64,000 nucleotides of DNA from NCBI RefSeq assembly GCF_009914755.1, contig NC_060933.1, one strand, 5' to 3'. The DNA is from the human T2T-CHM13v2.0 reference genome, Homo sapiens. Shown piece after piece: positions 46,791 through 64,000 of this stretch (position 1 is its first letter; each line of letters starts with the position of its first letter). The notes under the pieces were generated by a model. The model was not told the DNA's origin. It made no database searches and worked only from the letters and a program-made list of their open reading frames with translations. Made by a program: the position numbers and the translations under genes.

Positions 46791-48409
46791 CGCCAGTATA
46801 TGGCGCATCTGCCACTCTAGCTGCCAGTGTCTCCTATTTAGAAAACACACATTGACTGTTCTAAATATCCAAAGTCCATGTCTCATAGACCAGTCCATGG
46901 CCTTGGCAAAGGAGGAAGGCGTCAGAAGACAGGGAATGCTGGTTCTGTCCCTGGCCACTCACCTCCTCTTCATCTACTGTGAGGATGGATAGACATCAAT
47001 AGTAGTGTTACGACTTTTGGAATTTTCATCTCTGTCACTGAAGTGCATTGGGCTTCATTCCACCAGAAGTTTATATTTTGCTTTTTTATTTTTAAAATCA
47101 CTTACATTTTTTTGCAAAAGTCAGTGAAACCCTTTTTAAGATTGTGTTGGAGCTGAATTCCAAAGGCAGTAGCTTCTACATTCACATTCAATTTACGGAG
47201 GGTAATCCACTAACAAACCCATGTTCCAATTCTGCCCACACTGAGACCCTCACAGAAAATGAATCCATTAGCCCCAGACAACCGTAGTGGCACAATACGG
47301 CATTCTTATCAGTTGCAGCAGAAATCAAGTCTGGGAGATGCAATTACATCAGGAAACTTGGGAATGGGTTGAATATGCCACAAACACTGTGTTTTAGCAT
47401 TAAGTGGGTTTAGAGACTTAAAGAACTTTATGTTAATATTTTCTGTAGATACTGCTATTTTGCAATTCTCAAGAAAACCTTCTAAAAGTTGGATAAATAG
47501 TGTATTTTGGTTGGAGTTTCCTGTGAAATTTGTTTTTATTGTGGACCTTGACATTGTTCTCTCTCATCATGTCACAGTCCACCTCCTCATTCCTTAATGA
47601 GTTTTTGAATAAATTATCACTTTTTTCCTAGACATAATTATCTTCTGTTTTTTTTTCCCCCTGGAGATACAGAAGAAATGATAAGCTAGAGTTGGATATT
47701 ACAAGTCCTCCTGGGGTTCTTTTTTTAAATAACTTTAGCCTGTAGTGGAGGGGACATCCACATTTTAGTTTAGCAAGTGGGATATTAAAACGACACTGCA
47801 GTCCACCTTAGAACAGATACTGCCAGTTCTTGCCTGGCCTTACTCAGCTGTGCACCTGCTCCAGGGAGTGGGTGTCACAGCACTTTTTGAGGACTCCACA
47901 CCAAACACATCTTTTTTACTCCATCCTTGGCTTCTGTTTCTTAACCCAGGAAAATCTCATCACAGTCCACAAACCTCTGACATTGTCTAGGTCCTCAGCC
48001 TTGGCATTTCATAAGACATGAAACTTTGTTAGTAGATTCCTTCTTTCAGGGCTACATTATAACTTCGGCGGCACTGAGACACTGTTGCCTTTGTGAGCAC
48101 CTTCCTTTATGGAAAAAAAATTAAAAATCATGGCTATGTTGGTAGAAAATCAAATATTTTTAGGCTAAATTCTTTGTTATATATTCATTTTCTTCTTATA
48201 TTTAGAGAAATTAAAATTAAAACATTTTCATGAGCCCTTAAAAGTATTGTGGTTTCCAGGCCCTGAACTGGTAAGTTGCCCCTGACTCCAAAACATCCAC
48301 TCCATTCCCTACGTGGTCTGTCCCCTTACTTCTTGTTCAATGATCTTGCTTTTTAATAAATATGCTCTCTGGTCTACTCTGGAGGTCACCAGTACCTATA
48401 TTCAAGGGT

Positions 48410-48411
<2 letters not shown>

Positions 48412-48452
<41 letters not shown>

Positions 48453-48453
48453 A

Positions 48454-48488
<35 letters not shown>

Positions 48489-48500
48489 CACACACACACA
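48412..48500. repeat. Compound (CT)n(CA)n microsatellite
   Basis: Directly visible. Confidence 0.95.
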
Positions 48501-49274
48501 GAGCACACATTGTGAGCATACGCAATGTCGGCAGTGTTAAATGTTGGCGGCCCGGTACCCGTTTTGCCACAAGGCAATGTATTCCCCTTGCTACATTCTC
48601 CTTCTCCTCTTTCTGCATTGCAGTTCTTCTTCCCATGGAAGGGATGAATGCTAACACGCTCCTGCTGACCAGTACACCCTCAAGAAGGCCAGGACATGCT
48701 GCGGGGTTAGGGGAATCAGACAGTGGAGGTCTGATTAAAAGGTCTCCTTTTTTTCTTGGAGATTTGTGCTTTTGTTCGGAGCCCAGAATTTAAACTGCCA
48801 TTGAGTTTAAAGAGTATTGGCCTCTTCTACCTTTAAAAACTTAAATATATTAAAACATATGTTTAGCATCACAGAATGTTTGGGTACTATTTTAAATCTG
48901 CAAAAAACCCAAGTGGTGTTTAAGTATGTCAATTTCAAGTACTTGTTGTTATCAGTGTTTTTATTAACTTCTTACACTCAAAAGCCATCGATTTCTTTTG
49001 AAGAGGTTAAGGGTATCATTAAAAGAAACAAAAGTCCACTTTAAAAAGTAAACTGTCACACTTCTTCAAAGAACCCTTGTGTAAAAGCCCAAAGCTAGTT
49101 TAGAACACAGATTTTTATGTTTACTCTATTAACATTTCAGCGGTAGTAAAAATCAAAGTGGCTTTTTGGACCTACATTCATCAAACAAGAAATTTCATTT
49201 CATAATTGTAGTTTACTCATAGGGACTGTGGCTGAGTAAGGGGATTTTCGTTATTAGGACAATACAAACCCATG

Positions 49275-52200
49275 TTACTTTTTGCTAACAGCTACACTGG
49301 AATAAAATTGACATGCAATAAAGTGCACATAATTAAAAATATAATCTGATGAGCTTTGACATATGTATATACCTGCAAGAGCATTATCACAATCAAGATA
49401 ATGAAGATAACCAACAATCCCCTCACGTTTCCTAACGTTTCTTCGTAATCCTATTCTTTCTATGGCTCTCACCCAGCCCCAGACAATCATTGATCTGCTA
49501 TTACTGTACATTATTTTGAATTTACTAGAATTTTATATAAATGTAATCATACATGATGTATTCTTTTTTGCCTGATTTCCTTCTGTCTTCATAGTTATTG
49601 TGACATTTATTCATGTTGTGGAACTACCATTCTTCCATTACTTTTTTTATGGAATGTTATTCCATAGTTTGTTTATCCATTCACCTTTTGGCTATTACAA
49701 ATTAAGACGCTGTGAAAATTAGTGTATAAATATTTGTATGGAGACATGCTTTATTTCATCTTGGGTAAACACTCAGGAATAGACTGGAGCATACTATGGG
49801 TGTGCACTTATCTTTTTAAGAAACTGCTAGATTGTTATCCAAAATGACTGTACCATTTTACATTCCCACTAGCAGTGTATAAGAATTCAATTCCTCCACA
49901 TCCTCATCAATACATGGTGTGGTTAGACTTTTATATTGTAGCCACCATTACAGGTGTGTAGTAGTTTCTCATTCAGGTTTTAATTTGCATTTCTCTAATG
50001 ACTAATGATGTTGAGCATCTTTTCATGTGCCAGTTTGCCATCCATGTATCTTCCTTGAAGAAGTATCTGTCCAATTCACCAATTCACTTAGCGAGCTGAA
50101 TTGGATTGTTTCTTTTTATTATGTTTTGAGACTTCTTTACATATTCTGGATACAAGTTCTTTAACACATATATCCTTTGCAAATATTTTTCCTAGTCTGT
50201 GGCTTGTGTTTTTGTTCCCTTAAAAGTGTGTTTTGAAGAGCAGTAGCTTTTACTTTTGATGAAGTCCAATTTACCAGTGTGTGTTCTTTTTTTGTGGATC
50301 ATACTTTTGATGTCAGATCTAAAATCTTTGCCTAAGCCAGCATCAAAAATTTTTTCCTGTGTCGTCGCCTGGAAATTTTATAATTTCAAATTTTACGTAT
50401 CGGTATATAATCCATTCTGTGCTAGTTTTTGTACGTGGTGCAAAGCATACGGATCCAAGTTCATTTTTTTGCTTATAGATATCTATTTTTTAAGCACCAT
50501 TTATTGGAAAAACTATCCTTTCTCTACCAAAGTGCTTTAGAAACTTTGTCAAAAATCATTTATATGTATGTGTGTTTGTGTGTGTGTGCAAGTCTATTTC
50601 TGGACACTGTATTCTGTTCCATTGATTTATTTGTGCATTTTTATACCAAAACTACACTGCCATGACCTTCTTGTTGTTTTATAGTAAAGTTTTGAAATTG
50701 GGGAACATTAGTCCTCCATCTTTATTCTTCATTTTCAAAATTGTTTTAGTTATTCTATGCCTTTTCCATTTTCATATGGATTTTAGAATCAAGTGATTAA
50801 TTTCTACAGAAAGCCTAATGGGATATTGATAGGGATCGTGTCAAATAGATAATTACAATTGGAGAGAATTGACATACTAACAATATTGAATCTTCCAAAC
50901 CATGAAGATGTACATCTCTCCATTTATTTAGATCGTCTTTAATTTCTCATCAATATAGTATAGTCTTTGGTGTTATAAGTCTTTAGCTTATTTTGTCACA
51001 TTTGTCTGCAGATATTTTATTTTTTAGATGCTATTGTCAACGGTATTGCCTCTTTTAAAAAATTTCAGCATCCAATTGTCATCAGTTTACATAGATAAAA
51101 TCAGTTTTTGCATATTTATCTGCAACTTTGCTAAAGTGATTTATTAGTTCTAGAATCCTGATTTTTGATTTCATCATATTTTCATCAGGATTTAGAGAAT
51201 CATACCATCCATAAAAACAGCTTTTATTTTCTTTGCTTTTTTTTTTTTTAACTTTCCTTAACCTATTACTCTGGATAAGATTCCCTTTTAATTTCTTTTT
51301 TAAATTTGCATTTATTTATTTATTTTATTTTATTTATTTTTGTTTTTAAAATTTTACATATTTGTTGGGTCCAAGTGCAGGTTTCTTACATGCATATATT
51401 GCATAGCGGTAAACTCGGCTTTTAGCATGCCCATGACATGGATAGTGAACACTGTACCCAGTAAGTAATTCAGCTCTCATGCCCCTCCCCACCACTCCAT
51501 ATGTTCACATGTATTTATTGTTTAGCTCCCACTTATAAGTAAGAACATGCAGTACTTGACTTTCTGTTTCTGAGTTATTTCGCTTAGGATAATGACCTCC
51601 AGCTCCATCCATGTTGCTACAAAAGACATGATTTCATTCTTTCTTATGGCTGAGTAGTATTCTCTAGTGTGTGTATAACCACATTCATTCTTTCTTATGG
51701 CTGAGTAGTATTCTCTAGTGTGTGTGTATAACCACATTCTTTCTTTTTTATTATTTGTATAAATTTATGGGTACAAGTGCAATTTTACTGCATGCATAGA
51801 TTGCATAGCGGCAAAGTCAAGGATTTTATGGTATCCACCACCCGAATAAAATGCACTGTACCCACTGGGTAATTTCTCATGATGCACCCCCTTCCCATCC
51901 CCAACTCTTCCAACTTGCTATTGCCTATCATAATCTGTTTTTTGACTTAAGTCTTATTTAAGCATCTTCACAGATTTTACAGGGTCTTTCTGTTACTTAT
52001 TTCAAATTTAATTCCATTGTGGCTGAGAATATGTTTTATATGACTTCAATCGTTTTGAACTTATCAAGAGTAGTTTTATGGTTCAGAATATAGTCTATCA
52101 TGGTCAAGTTTTAGTGTGCAATTGAAATTTTTTTTTTGCTGTTTGGGGGAGTCTTTTGTAAATGTCAGTTAGGTCAAGTTGTTTGATTTTCTGTCTACTT

Positions 52201-52600
52201 GTTTTATATAAAATGGTTGTTTGTACTCTAGTTCCTTTAACTTACAAATTATTGAGAGAGGAGTATTGAAAAATCTGACGTTTGTGAGTTTGTTTATTTG
52301 TCTTTGCAGTTGTATCAGTTTTCCCTCAGGTATTTTGAGGCTCTGCTGGTGAGTGCATGAATGTTTAGGACTGTTATGGCTCCTTAATTATTCGACACTT
52401 TTAAAATGATGCACTTTATTCCTGGCAATGTGCTTTGTTCTGAAATCTACTTTGGTACTAATGTAACCACTCCAGACTTGTTTTGATTCCTGTTGGCATG
52501 ATGTATCTTTCCCCATCCATTTTCTTTCAACCTATTTGTGCTTTATATTTCAAGGGTGTTTCTTGTTGGAAGCAAAAATGTTGTCTTTTATTCAACCTAC
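49275..52600 (-). mobile_element. Old L1M with nested L1PB/L1MA 3' ends; about 51-bp tandem duplication at about 51633-51740
   Basis: Antisense L1 text; minus ORF shows the duplicated peptide YTHTREYYSAIRKNE twice. Confidence 0.75.
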
Positions 52601-52619
52601 TTGTGCCACCTGTTTTTGT

Positions 52620-53710
52620 TACATTCTGGTCAAAATGGAGTTAACAAGGACTGGATTTACCTTCCTGCCTGAAACAACCAAAATATGAATAAAATATATG
52701 AAACAAATATGCACGGAGATAGAAGCGAGAAAACAAAGACATTTATTTCTCAGTGAGGGAAAGCAAATGAGATTAGTTCTATAATTGCCCTAGCTATCGC
52801 CACCACACAGGAGAGGGATCCCAGGCAGAGATCATCCAACTCCCTGACTTGAGGGGAAGGATCTGAAGTTCTCAGAAAGCCAAGGCATATGAAACCCACA
52901 GAATTGAGTACTGGACAAAAGAGCTGACAAAGATAGAACTGTGTACATTAGCCAAGGATTCTCGTTGAATATTGAATTGAGTATTGCTCAGTGGATGCAT
53001 GTGAGGAAGGCTAAGGAAAACCTACTCAAAAAGATTAGAGGTCATGGTGGCTGGTGCTCGCATAAGCCCTAGAAAGGTATCTTTTCTCACCAAAATCAGA
53101 GCGGAAAACATCACTATCCAAAGGACACTGGATAGAGTACACAAATGATCTTGCCTGGGGAGATGGGAGTTACTAGTCCTAAATTGATAATTGTTTCTAT
53201 CCTGCCTACAAAATTTTAAAAGCAAGAGGCAAAAAGATTAAACTATTTCCGAGTAACTTAACATATGATATTTCCATTGCTCAAACTAGTGGTATAGAGA
53301 AGTTCTTAAAATTAGGCAGAGAAAAAAATGACATGCTACATATAGTGCCACAAAGATACAGATAACAAAGGTACAGATAATCCACAGATAACAGTGGATT
53401 TCTTATAGAAATCGTCAAATGTGCCAAAACAAAAAAGCAACATCTTTAAAGCACTGAAAGAAAAAAAATCTATCACAACTTAGAATTCTTTGTCTAGCAA
53501 AATACTTTCAAAACAAAGGCAAAATAAAGATATGCAAGAGGCAGAACTCATCATCAGCAGATATTTACTATAACAAATATTGAAAGAAATCTTTTGGGCA
53601 GAAAGAGATGATGCTGGTTGGATATATGGATTGACAAAATTTAATAGAGAACATCCAGAAAGGATAACTACATGGATGGTAAATAAAAAAGATGTTTATT
53701 CTTATTAGTA
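52620..53710 (+). mobile_element. Ancient L1M/HAL1 5'UTR-ORF1-like fragment
   Basis: Degenerate sense ORF1-type text (aacatctttaaagcactgaaagaaaaa...ttagaattct). Confidence 0.5.
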
Positions 53711-53719
53711 CAATTAGTT

Positions 53720-54382
53720 TTCTTTTTTTTTTTTACATTTTATTTTAAGAGGTCATGGATTCATTTTCCTGTAATAAATATTACAAATGGATCCTGTGTA
53801 TTCTTTAACCAGTTCCTTCTTACAGTAACATCTTGCAAACCTATAGTACTATAGCAAACCAGAATCTTAGCCTTGAAATAGATAAGATACAGAATATTTT
53901 TATCTCTACAGGGATCTCTCATGTTACTATCGTATAGTCACAACCACTTCCTGCCTGTCCCTCTCTACCCTCTCTTTAACCCTTGGCAACTACAAATCTG
54001 TTCTCCATTTTTATGTTTTTCTCATTTAAAGAATGTTATGTAAATAGAATTATGCAGTTTGCAACCTTCATAAATTGGCATTTTTACTCAGCATAGTTCG
54101 GCGATTCATCTGCCTTGCTGCATATATCAATAGTTCATTCTTTCTTATTGGTGAGTAGTATTTCATGGCATGGATGTACTACAAGTACATCCACAGATTC
54201 AACCATTTACCTACTGAAGGGCATCTGTATTATATTCAGTTTTTAGCTATTACACATAAGAACATAATACGTATGTGTGTACAGGTTTTTGTGTGAATAA
54301 AAGTCTTTATTTCTTTAGGATAAGTACCCAGGAGTGCAATTGCTTGGTCATGTAGTAAGTCTAGGTCTACTTTTTAAAGACA
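53720..54382 (-). mobile_element. L1MC/MD 3' end
   Basis: gtaacatcttgcaaacctatagtac...; antisense L1 3'UTR. Confidence 0.7.
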
Positions 54383-54383
54383 C

Positions 54384-54628
54384 TGTCGTAGTCTAGTTTT
54401 TGTTGCTATAAAGGAATACCTGATGTTGGGTAATTTATTTTAAAAAAAATGGGGTCATTTGGCTCACAATTGTGAGGGCTAGAAAGTTTAAGTTTGGGCA
54501 TTTGTATCTGGTGAAGGTCTCGGGCTGCTTCTATTTATGGCAGAAGGCAAAGAGGAACTGGCCTGTGCACAGATCACATAGTAAGAGAGGAAGTGAGAGA
54601 GGGCAAGGGGGTGTCAGGCTCTTTTTTT
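54384..54628 (-). mobile_element. MST-type MaLR LTR, partial
   Basis: Homologous to the first half of the 41610 MST; cut by the L1PA and not resumed. Confidence 0.8.
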
Positions 54629-54629
54629 C

Positions 54630-56109
54630 TCTCTCTCTCTTTTTAATTTTACTTTAAGTTCTGGGATACACGTGCAGAACGTCCAGGTTTGTTACATATA
54701 TATACACGTGCCATGGTGGTTTGCTGCACCTATTAACCCATCATCTAGTCTTTAAGCCCCGCATGCATTAGGTATTTTTCCTAATGCTCTCCCTCCCTTT
54801 GCCCCCCACCCCCTGACAGGCCCCGGTGTGTGATGTTCCCCTCCCTGTGTCCATGTGTTCTCATTGTTCAACTCCCACTTACAAGTGAGAATGTGCGTTG
54901 TTTGTTCTTCTGTTCGTGTGTTAGTTTGCTGAGAATTATGGCTTCCAGCTTCATCCATGTCCCTGCAAAGGACATGAACTCATTATTTTTTATGGCTGCA
55001 TAGTATTCCATGGTGTATACGTGCCACATTTTCTTTATCCAGTCTATCATTAATGGGCATTTGGGTTGGTTCCAACTGTTTGTTATTGTAAATAGTGTTG
55101 CAATAAACATACATGTGCATGTGTCTTTATAGTAGGATGATTTCTAATTTTGGGGGTATATACCCAGTAATGGGATTGCTGGGTCAAATGGTATTTCTGG
55201 TTCTAGATCCTTGAGGAATCGCCACACTGTCTTCCACAATGGTTGAACGAATTTACACTCCCACCAACAGTATAAAAGCATTCCTATTTCTCCACAGCCT
55301 CGCCAGCATCTGTTGCTTCCTGACTTTTTAATAATTGCTATTCTAACTGGCATGAGATAGTATCTCATTGTGGTTTTGATTTGCATTTCTCTAATGACCA
55401 GTGATGACGAGCTTTTTTTCATATGTTTCTTGGCCATATAAATGTCTTCTTTTGAGAAGTGTCTATTCATATCCTTCACCCACTTTTTGATGGAGTGTTC
55501 TTTTAATCTTGTAAATTTGTTTAAGTTCTTTGTAGATTCTGGATATTAGACCTTTGTCAGATGGATAGATTGCAAAAATTTTCTCCCATTCTGTAGGTTG
55601 CCTGTTCACTCTGATGATGGTTTATTTTGCTGTGCAGAAGCTCTTTAGTTTGATTAGATCCCATTTGTCTATTTTGGCTTTTGTTGCACTTGCTTTTGGT
55701 GTTTTAGTTATAAAGTCTTTGCCCATGCCTATTTCCTGAATGGTATTGCCTAGGTTTTCTTCTAGTTTATTTATGGCTTTGGGTTTTACATTTAAGTCTT
55801 TAATCCATCTTGAATTAATTTTTGTATAAGGTGTAAGAAAGGGGTCCAGTTTCTATTTTCTGCATATGGCTAGCCAATTTCCCCAGCACCACTTATTAAA
55901 TAGAGAATCCTCTCCCCATTGCTTGTTTTGATCAGGTTTCTCAAAGATCCAATGGTTGAAGATGTGTGGTGTTATTTCTGAGGCCCCTGTTCTGTTCCAT
56001 TGGTCTATATATCTGTTTTGGTACCAGTACTATGCTGTTTTGGTTACTATAGCCTTGTAGTATAGTTTGAAGTCAAGTAGCATGATGCCTCCAGCTTTGT
56101 TCTTTTTGC
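54630..56109 (-). mobile_element. 5'-truncated L1PA (L1PA8-like)
   Basis: 3'UTR tttaagccccgcatgcattagg; ORF2 C-terminal peptides in the ORF track (54868-55479). Confidence 0.85.
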
Positions 56110-56146
56110 AGTATTCATTTTTGTGAGTAGTAATATTGTTTCTTTT

Positions 56147-56323
56147 TTCTTTAGCTTGTCTTCTTTCTGGGACTTCCATAATGCATCTATTGGTCTGCCT
56201 GATGGTGTCCCATAAGTGCCATAGGTTCCTTCACTTTTCTTTTTTCTTTTTATCCCTCTGACGCAGTACTTTCAAAGGACCTGTATTCAAGTTTTCTGTT
56301 TCTTTCCTTTGATCCTGCTTGAT
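56147..56323 (+). repeat. About 177-bp inserted copy of 63181-63367
   Basis: Direct repeat, about 90% identical; interrupts L1 3' text agtagtaatatt|...|gtatataccacattttg. Confidence 0.9.
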
Positions 56324-57267
56324 GTATATACCACATTTTGTTTATCCCTTCATTCATTGATGGACATTTGGATTGCTGAAACCTCTTGCTTAATGCAAAA
56401 ATCTTTTTTCATACTCCACAGGTTGACATTTCACTTTATTGCTTCTTATGATGAGCGGAAGTTAAAGTTTTCTACAGTCCCACTTGTCTATTTTTACTTT
56501 TTTGCCTCTTCTTTTGGGGTTATATCAAAAAACTCACTGCCAAATCCAATGCCATGAAGCTTTCTCCCATTTTTTCATTTAGAAATTTTATACTTTTAGG
56601 TATTAATTTTAGTTCTGTAGTTAATTTTGTGTTTATTTTTGTAAATCTGTAAGGTAAACATCCAGCTTTATTCTTTTGCATGTGGATACCTAGTTTTCCC
56701 AACACAATTTGTTGAATAAACTGTTAATTTTCCTATGTGTGGTCTTGGTACTTTTGTCAAAGATTGTTAGATTGTTTAATCATATACATGAGGAGTTGTT
56801 TCTAGACTGTATTCTGTTCCATTGTTTATAGCTCTGTCTTTATGGCAATAGCATACTGTTTTCATTACTGTAGCTTTGTAATAAGTTTTAAAATCAGAAA
56901 GTGTGGGGCCTTCAGCTTTGTTCCTTTCAAGATTGTTTTGGCTATTTCAGAGTACCTTTAGATTGCTTGTGAATTTTAGCATTTTAAAAATTTCTTTTAA
57001 AATTCCATGAAATTTTGAGCCATTGTGGTCAGAAAACATACTTTTTAATATTTATCATCATTTAAAATTTGTTGTTTTTGCTTATCATGTGGTCAATTAT
57101 GGAGAATATTTTATGTGCACTTGCAAAGAATGTCTGTTTTGCTATTACAGCGTGGAGTGTTCTGTGTATTTCTGTTAGATTCAACTGGTCTTGGAATTAT
57201 TTAAGTCCTGTGTTTCCTTTTACATCTTCACTCTGGTTATTCTATGAATCCTTAAAAGCGTGGTACT
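56324..57267 (-). mobile_element. Old L1M ORF2 fragments
   Basis: Antisense ORF2 text ending in the EN region, where the L1PA4 inserted. Confidence 0.7.
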
Positions 57268-58295
57268 GGGGGGTGGAGCCAAGATGGCCAAATAGGAACA
57301 GCTCCAGTCTACAGCTCCCAGCATGAGTGACGCAGAAGATGGGTGATTTCTGCATTTCCAACTGAAGTACTGGGTTCATCTCACTGGGGAGTGTCAGAAA
57401 GTGGGTGCAGGACAGTGGGTGCAGCCCACCGAGCGAGAGCTGAAGCAGGGCGAGGCATCCCCTCACCCGGAAAGCACAAGGGGTCAAGGAATTCCCTTTC
57501 CTAGTCAAAGAAAGGGGTGACAGATGGCACCTGGAAAATTGGGTCACTCCCACCCTAATACTGTGCTTTTCCAACGGTCTTAGCAAACGGCACACCAGGA
57601 GATTACATCCTGCACCTGACTCAGAGGGTCCTATGCCCACGGAGCCTCGCTCATTGCTAGCACAGCAGTCTGAGATCAAACTGCAAGGAGACAGCGAGGC
57701 TGGGGGAGGGGCACCCACCATTGCCAAGGCTTGAGTAGGTAAACAAAGCGGCCAGGAAGCTGGAAATGGGTGGAGCCCACCGCAGCTCAAGGAGGCCTGC
57801 CTGCCTTTGTAGACTCCACCTCTGGGGGCAGGGCATAGGCAAACAAAAGGCAGCAGAATCCTCTGCACACTTAATGTCCTTGTCTGACAGCTTTGAAGAG
57901 AGTAGTGGTTCTCCCAGCACACAGCTGGAGATCTGAGAATGGACAGACTGCCTCCTCAAGTGGGTCCTTGACCCCTGAGTAGCCTAACTGGGAGGCAGCC
58001 CCCAGTAGGGGCAGACTGACACCTCACATGGCCAGGTATTCCTCTGAGACAAAACTTCCAGAGGAATGATCAGGCAGCAACATTTGCTGCTCACTAATAT
58101 CCACTGTCCTGCAGCCTCCGCTGCTGATACCCAGGCAAACAGGGTCTGGAGTGGACCTCCAGTAAACTCCAACAGACCTGCAGCTGAGGGTCCTGACTGT
58201 TAGAAGGAAAACTAACAAACAGAAAGGACATCCACACCAAAACCCCATCTGTACATCACCATCATCAAAGACCAAAGGTAGATAAAACCACAAAG

Positions 58296-59312
58296 ATGGG
58301 GAAAAAACAGAGCAGAAAAAATAGAAACTCTAAAAATCAGAGCGCCTCTCCTCCTCCAAAGGAACACAGCTCCTCACCAGCAATGGAATAAAGCTGGACA
58401 GAGAATGACTTTGACTAGTTGAGAGAAGAAGGCTTCAGATGATCAAACTACTCTGAGTTAAAGGAGGAAGTTTGAACCCATGGCAAAGAAGTTAAAAACC
58501 TCGAAAAAAAATTAGACGAATGGCTAATTAGAATAACCAATTCAAAGAAGTCCTTAAAGGACCTAATGGAGCTGAAAACCAAGGCACGAGAACTATGTGA
58601 TGAATGTACAAGCCTCAGTAGCCAATTCGATCAACTGGAAGAAAGGGTATCAGTGATGGAAGATCAAATGAATGACATGAAGGGAGAAGAGAAGTTTAGA
58701 GAAAAAAGAATAAAAAGAAATGAACAAAGACTCCAAGAAATATGGGACTATGTGAAAAGACCAAATCTACGTCTGATTGGTGTACCTAAAAGTGACGGGC
58801 AGAATGGAACCAAGTTGGAAAACACTCTGCAGGATATTATCCAGGAGAACTTCCCCAATCTAGCAAGGCAGGCCAACATTCAAATTCAGGAAATACAGAG
58901 AATGCCACAAAGATACTCCTCAAGAAGAGCAACTCCAAGACACATAATTGTCAGATTCACCAAAGTTGAAATGAAGGAAAAAATGTTAAGGGCAGCCAGA
59001 GAGAAAGGTTGGGTTACCCACAAAGGGAAGCCCATCAGACTAACAGCTGATCTCTCAGCAGAAACTCTACAAGCCAGAAGAGAGTGGGGGCCAATATTCA
59101 ACATTCTTAAAGAAAAGAATTTTCAACCCAGAATTTCATATCCAGCCAAACTAAGCTTCATAAGTGAAGGAGAAATAAAATACTTTACAGACAAGCAAAT
59201 GCTGAGAGATTTTGTCACCACCAGGTCTGCCCTAAAAGAGCTCCTGAAGGAAGCACTAAACATGGAAAGGAACAACCGGTACCAGCCACTGCACAACCAC
59301 ACCAAATTGTAA
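58296..59312 (+). pseudogene. ORF1: L1 ORF1, inactivated by in-frame stops
   Basis: ATG at 58296 in frame with 59312; several stops before 58566. Confidence 0.9.
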
Positions 59313-59375
59313 AAACCATTGAGGCTAGGAAGAAACTGCATGAACTAACGAGCAAAATAACCAGCTAACATCATA

Positions 59376-64000
<4,625 letters not shown>

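Noticed and set aside
46791-46808. Second CTCF-like motif CCAGTATATGGCGC
   Set aside because: Mismatch at a highly conserved core G.

Overview
This is primate (very probably human) repeat-rich genomic DNA. I could find no host protein-coding exon, RNA gene or CRISPR-like array. The dominant feature is a full-length L1HS retrotransposon (14711-20759, + strand). It has intact ORF1 (338 aa) and ORF2 (1275 aa), Ta-1nd diagnostic bases and a 14-15 bp TSD. It also carries apparently private lesions: a new upstream AUG in the 5'UTR, a nonsense codon in ORF0, and several ORF2 substitutions. A second, older L1PA4-like copy (57268-63166) is 5'-complete but has lost its 3'UTR, polyA and second TSD. The rest is old L1M fragments, nine Alus, solo LTRs (LTR5, LTR12F, MST, MLT1, LTR16-like, ERV1), DNA-transposon relics and simple repeats. 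The most unusual unannotated structure is a series of locally copied segments of about 87-225 bp at about 87-95% identity: 8379/8572, 14217/21005, 28042/30414 and 56147/63181. Three of these are pasted into old L1 sequence in place of a few host bases, and several tiny fold-back scars accompany them. Together they look like a fossil record of template-switch repair. I see no evidence for a wholly new gene system. Subfamily names and consensus comparisons are from memory, and mismatch counts are by eye; both need RepeatMasker or alignment confirmation.
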